From Macrostomum lignano (taxonomy: Eukaryota), in contig NIVC01003139.1 of assembly GCA_002269645.1 (NCBI GenBank), forward strand, positions 1-64,000: DNA of 64,000 nucleotides, read 5' to 3'. Below are positions 60,205-64,000 of the stretch, piece after piece. Position 1 is the first letter of the stretch. Each line of letters starts with the position of its first letter. The translations under genes were made by a program, and so were the position numbers. A model generated the notes under the pieces. It made no database searches. It saw only the letters and a list, made by a program, of their open reading frames with translations, and was not told where the DNA came from.

Positions 60205-61345
60205 AATTGACCTACATTGACCAAAGTTTTCCTAACTTGACCCAACTTGACCTACCAAGTCCCACCTTGACCCAACTTGACCTACCAAGTCCCACCTTGA
60301 CCCAAGTTGACCTACCAAGTCCTAAATTGACCCAAGTTGACCTACTAAGTCCCACCTTGACCCAATGTGACCTGCCAAGTCCGACATTGCCCTAAGTAAA
60401 CTTACATTGACTAAGGTTGACCCACCTTGACCCAAGTTGACCCACCAAGTCCTAAATTGACCCAAGTTGACCTACCAATTTCAAAATTGACCCAAGTTGA
60501 CCTACCAAGTCCCACCTTGACCCAACTTGACCTACCAAGTCCCACCTTGACCCAACTTGACCTACCAAGTCCTAAATTGACCCAAGTTGACCTACCAAGT
60601 CCTAAATTGACCCAAGTTGACCTACTAAGTCCCACCTTGACCCAACTTGACCTACCAAGTCCCACCTTGAACCAAGTTGACCTACCAAGTCCCACCTTGA
60701 CCCAAGTTGACCTACCAAGTCCTAAATTGACCCAAGTTGACCTACTAAGTCCCACCTTGACCCAACTTGACCTACCAAGTCCCACCTTGAACCAAGTTGA
60801 CCTACCAAGTCCCACCTTGACCCAAGTTTACCCACCAAGTCCTAAATTGACCCAAATTGACCTACCAAGTCCTAAATTGACCCAACTTTACCTACCAATT
60901 TCAAAATTGACCCAAGTTGACCTACCAAGTCCTAAATTGACCCAAGTTGACCTACCAAGTCCCACCTTGACCCAACTTGACCTACCAAGTCCTAAATTGA
61001 CCCAAGTTGACCTACCAAGTCCCACCTTGAACCAAGTTGACCTACTAAGTCCCACCTTGACCCAACTTGACCTACCAAGTCCCACCTTGAACCAAGATGA
61101 CCTACCAAGTCCCACCTTGACCCAAGTTGACCCACCAAGTCCTAAATCGACCCAAGTTGACCTACCAAGTCCTAAATTGACCCAACTTTACCTACCAATT
61201 TCAACATTGACCCAAGTTGACCTACTATGTCCTAACTTGAACCAAGTTGACCAACCAAGTCCTAAATTAACCCAAGTTGACCTACCAAGTCCTGAATTGA
61301 CCCAAATAAACTAACATTGACTAAGGTCGACCCACGTTGATCCAA
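60205..61345. repeat. 30-bp minisatellite (TTGACCCAAGTTGACCTACCAAGTCCCACC)n
   Basis: 10-aa periodic pseudo-ORF; lies just upstream of the thiolase ATG. Confidence 0.95.
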
Positions 61346-61495
61346 GTTGACTCACAGTGAGTGACCTATTTGAATTGACCCATTTCGATCTTATTCAATC
61401 CCAAAACAATTGATTTTATAAATTTCAATTAATGAAAATTGATGACTAAAACTAATTCGCATGCATAAATTATATATGCGATATCGCAATCAACG

Positions 61496-63631
61496 ATGAC
61501 TCAGCAGCCTCGAATCCTCATCACGGGAGCCGGCATGACCCGGTTCACCCGACCTCAAGCATCCCCAAACGACAGTTCAGGTTATGAATTTGATCAACTA
61601 GCAGAGCAGGCTGCCGCTGAAGCTCTACGAGACTCCGGCATCGAGTACAGCAGTGTAGTCGCTGTAGTTGCCAGCTATTGCTACGGCGATCCAGCCTGTG
61701 GTCAGCGAGTGGCCTACAGACTCGGCCTGACCGGAGTCCCAGTGTTCAATGTCAACAATAACTGCTCATCTGGTAGCAGCGCTATAGCTCTCTCCAGAGC
61801 TATTCTGATTGCTAATTCCACTATCGGAGCTAATCCGGGTCCGGTTCTCGTGCTGGGATTTGAGCAGATGGAGCGCGGAGGTTTGAGCAGGCGATATCCT
61901 GACCGACCCGATCCAGTGGGACGGCACTGCGATCGGATTGGAGCGCTGGGCGGAAACAGAGAGCCCTGCTCGCCTGGAATGTCGCAGTGGACTAGCGATG
62001 TGGTGAGCGTTCTGTGGGAATCTCATGGCTTGTGTGTTGGGAATCTCATGGCTTGCGTGTTGGGAATCTCATGGCTTGTGTGTTGGGAATCTCATGGCTT
62101 GCGTGTTGGGAATCACATGATGGTTTGTGTGCTGGGAATCTCATGGCGTATGTGCTGGGAATCACATGATGGTTTGTGTGCTGGGAATCACATGATGGTT
62201 TGTGTGCTGGAAATCTCATGGCGTATGTGCTGGGAATCACATGATGGTTTGTGTGCTGGGAATCACATGATGGTTTGTGTGCTGGGAATCTCATGGCGTA
62301 TGTGCTGGGAATCACATGATGGTTTGTGTGCTGGGAATCACATGATGGTTTGTGTGCTGGAAATCTCATGGCGTATGTGCTGGGAATCACATGATGGTTT
62401 GTGTGCTGGGAATCACATGATGGTTTGTGTGCTGGAAATCTCATGGCGTATGTGCTGGGAATCACATGATGGTTTGTGTGCTGGGAATCACATGATGGTT
62501 TGTGTGCTGGAAATCTCATGGCGTATGTTGGAGTTCACGTTAAATTATTAAGAAATCTCACGCCCTACTCATACGGAAATCTCTCACTCTACTCATAGGG
62601 AAATCTCTCACTCTACTCACACGGAAATCTCTCACCCTACTCATACGGAAATCTCTCACTCTACTCACACGGAAATCTCTCACTCTACTCATACGGAAAT
62701 CTCTCACTCTACTCATACGGAAATCTCTCACTCTACTCACACGGAAATCTCTCACCCTACTCATACGGAAATCACACAGATTCGAATGTTCGCCGGTGCA
62801 GCTTCCGAATACCGCGACATTAGCGGGTCGGCCGCCCTCACCTCCGAGCAGCTGCTGGCCTCGGTGGCATTCAAGTCTCGCCTGCACGGCTCCCAGAATC
62901 CTCGAGCGATGCTTTCGAGAGCGCCCAAATCGGCCGACGACCTGCTCAAAGCTCCTCTGCTCACTCCGCCAATCCGAGTCAGCTTCTGCGCCCCGGTGGC
63001 AACCGGAGCCGCAGCCGTTGTCATGGCAACAGAGTCGTGGTGGTCCAACAGACGATTGCCAGTCACCGAGCTGGTTGATCAAGAACTAGTCAGCGACTTT
63101 TCCGACACATTCTTCGACACAAATAGTGGAGGATACTCGAGCCTGTGCGGACTGACTCAAGCTCGAGTGGCGTCTAGCAGGATCTACCATAGACAGCGGC
63201 TGAATCCCAGGGAGCAGCTGGCCCTGGTTGAGCTGCACGACTGTTTCGCTAGTAACGAGCTCATGCTCTACGAAGCGCTTGGACTGGCTGACAAAGGCTG
63301 CGCCCAGCAGTACTTCAGTTCCGGTAGATGGATTGACAGTTTAAACGGTGACGGATCTCTGTACCTGACTGGCAGGCAGGTGGTTAATCCGTCCGGCGGT
63401 CTGATGTCGAAAGGACACCCGCTCGGCGCCAGCGGAGTTGCTCAGTGCGCCGAGATCAGCTGGCAGCATCGAGGTCTGGCTGGTAGAAGACAGGTGCCAG
63501 CTCTGGATGAGACCGACTCGAATAGGTGGGCTCTGCAGCACAATTTCGGCTTGGGGTCCAGCTGCGCTGTGACGCTGTACCGGCGGTACGGTTCCGGTGT
63601 TTTGGAGCGGGGTCAGGGGGCCAAGCTTTGA
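61496..63631 (+). CDS. SCP2: SCPx-type (SCP2/DAF-22-like) thiolase without SCP2 domain, 452 aa, C-terminal PTS1 AKL
   Basis: Exons 61496-62002 (gtg|gtgagc) and 62780-63631 (acag|att), phase 0. Motifs ITGAGMTRF, NVNNNCSSGSSA, LGFEQM, VELHDCFASNEL, NPSGGLMSKGHPLGASG and LQHNFGLG; ends GAKL*. Confidence 0.92.
62012..62530. repeat. Intronic minisatellite with a 75-bp higher-order unit (26+26+23 bp)
   Basis: 25-aa periodic pseudo-ORF; gggaatcacatgatggtttgtgtgct and ggaaatctcatggcgtatgtgct subunits. Confidence 0.93.
62558..62772. repeat. Intronic 24-bp minisatellite (CTACTCATACGGAAATCTCTCACT)n
   Basis: Runs directly into the acceptor at 62779. Confidence 0.93.
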
Positions 63632-63704
63632 GGATTTGAGTTGGAGATCTGCGCTTCGTTAACACTTTGATTAACGTTTTGACTGTTTTATTTTTGGACT
63701 TCAG

Positions 63705-64000
63705 GGAGGGGAAAGCAACGGTTCTAACGACGGGTGTATAGAAAAGGCGGTCTCTGAAAAACCTCAGGGAGAGGAAAGCAACGATTCCCTAGAAGACCTC
63801 AGTCAGACAGGGGAAAGCAACGATTCCCCTGAAAGACCTCAGGGAGGGGAAAGCAACGATTCCCTAGAAGACCTCAGTCAGACAGGGGAAAGCAACGATT
63901 CCCCTGAAAGACCTCAGGGAGGGGAAAGCAACGATTCCCCCTGAAAGACCTCAGGGGGGGAAAGCAATGATTCCCCCTGAAAGACCTCAGGGACGGGATA
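63705..64000. repeat. ~35-40-bp tandem repeat (GGGGAAAGCAACGATTCCCCTGAAAGACCTCAG), runs off the window end
   Basis: Directly visible, about 7 copies. Confidence 0.9.

Overview
Eukaryotic (metazoan) genomic DNA with GT-AG spliced genes whose introns are largely filled by mini- and microsatellites. The style is consistent with a free-living flatworm such as Macrostomum, but this is an inference only. Genes reconstructed by hand: a tyrosine-kinase-fold pseudokinase (+, 3882-7176, 5' exons not located); MGST1 (-, 9028-8153); two tandem signal peptide + Cys-rich + fibrinogen-domain (FReD) paralogs inside a duplicated block of about 4.8 kb (copy 1 lost its C-terminus to a deletion); a multi-exon NlpC/P60-type papain-fold gene (+, 48350-59251, probably starting at 37358); and an SCPx-type thiolase lacking the SCP2 domain and ending in PTS1 AKL (+, 61496-63631). 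Mobile DNA: an apparently intact 5.4 kb hAT transposon (30452-35867) with TIRs, an 8-bp TSD and a 1079-aa transposase; hAT-type MITEs; a TA-flanked foldback MITE; tRNA-derived and CORE-type SINEs; and RNase H-bearing LINE remnants. About 30 tandem arrays are present, several related to each other or to hAT subterminal repeats. No rRNA, tRNA gene or CRISPR array was seen. All coordinates were read manually; array boundaries are approximate.
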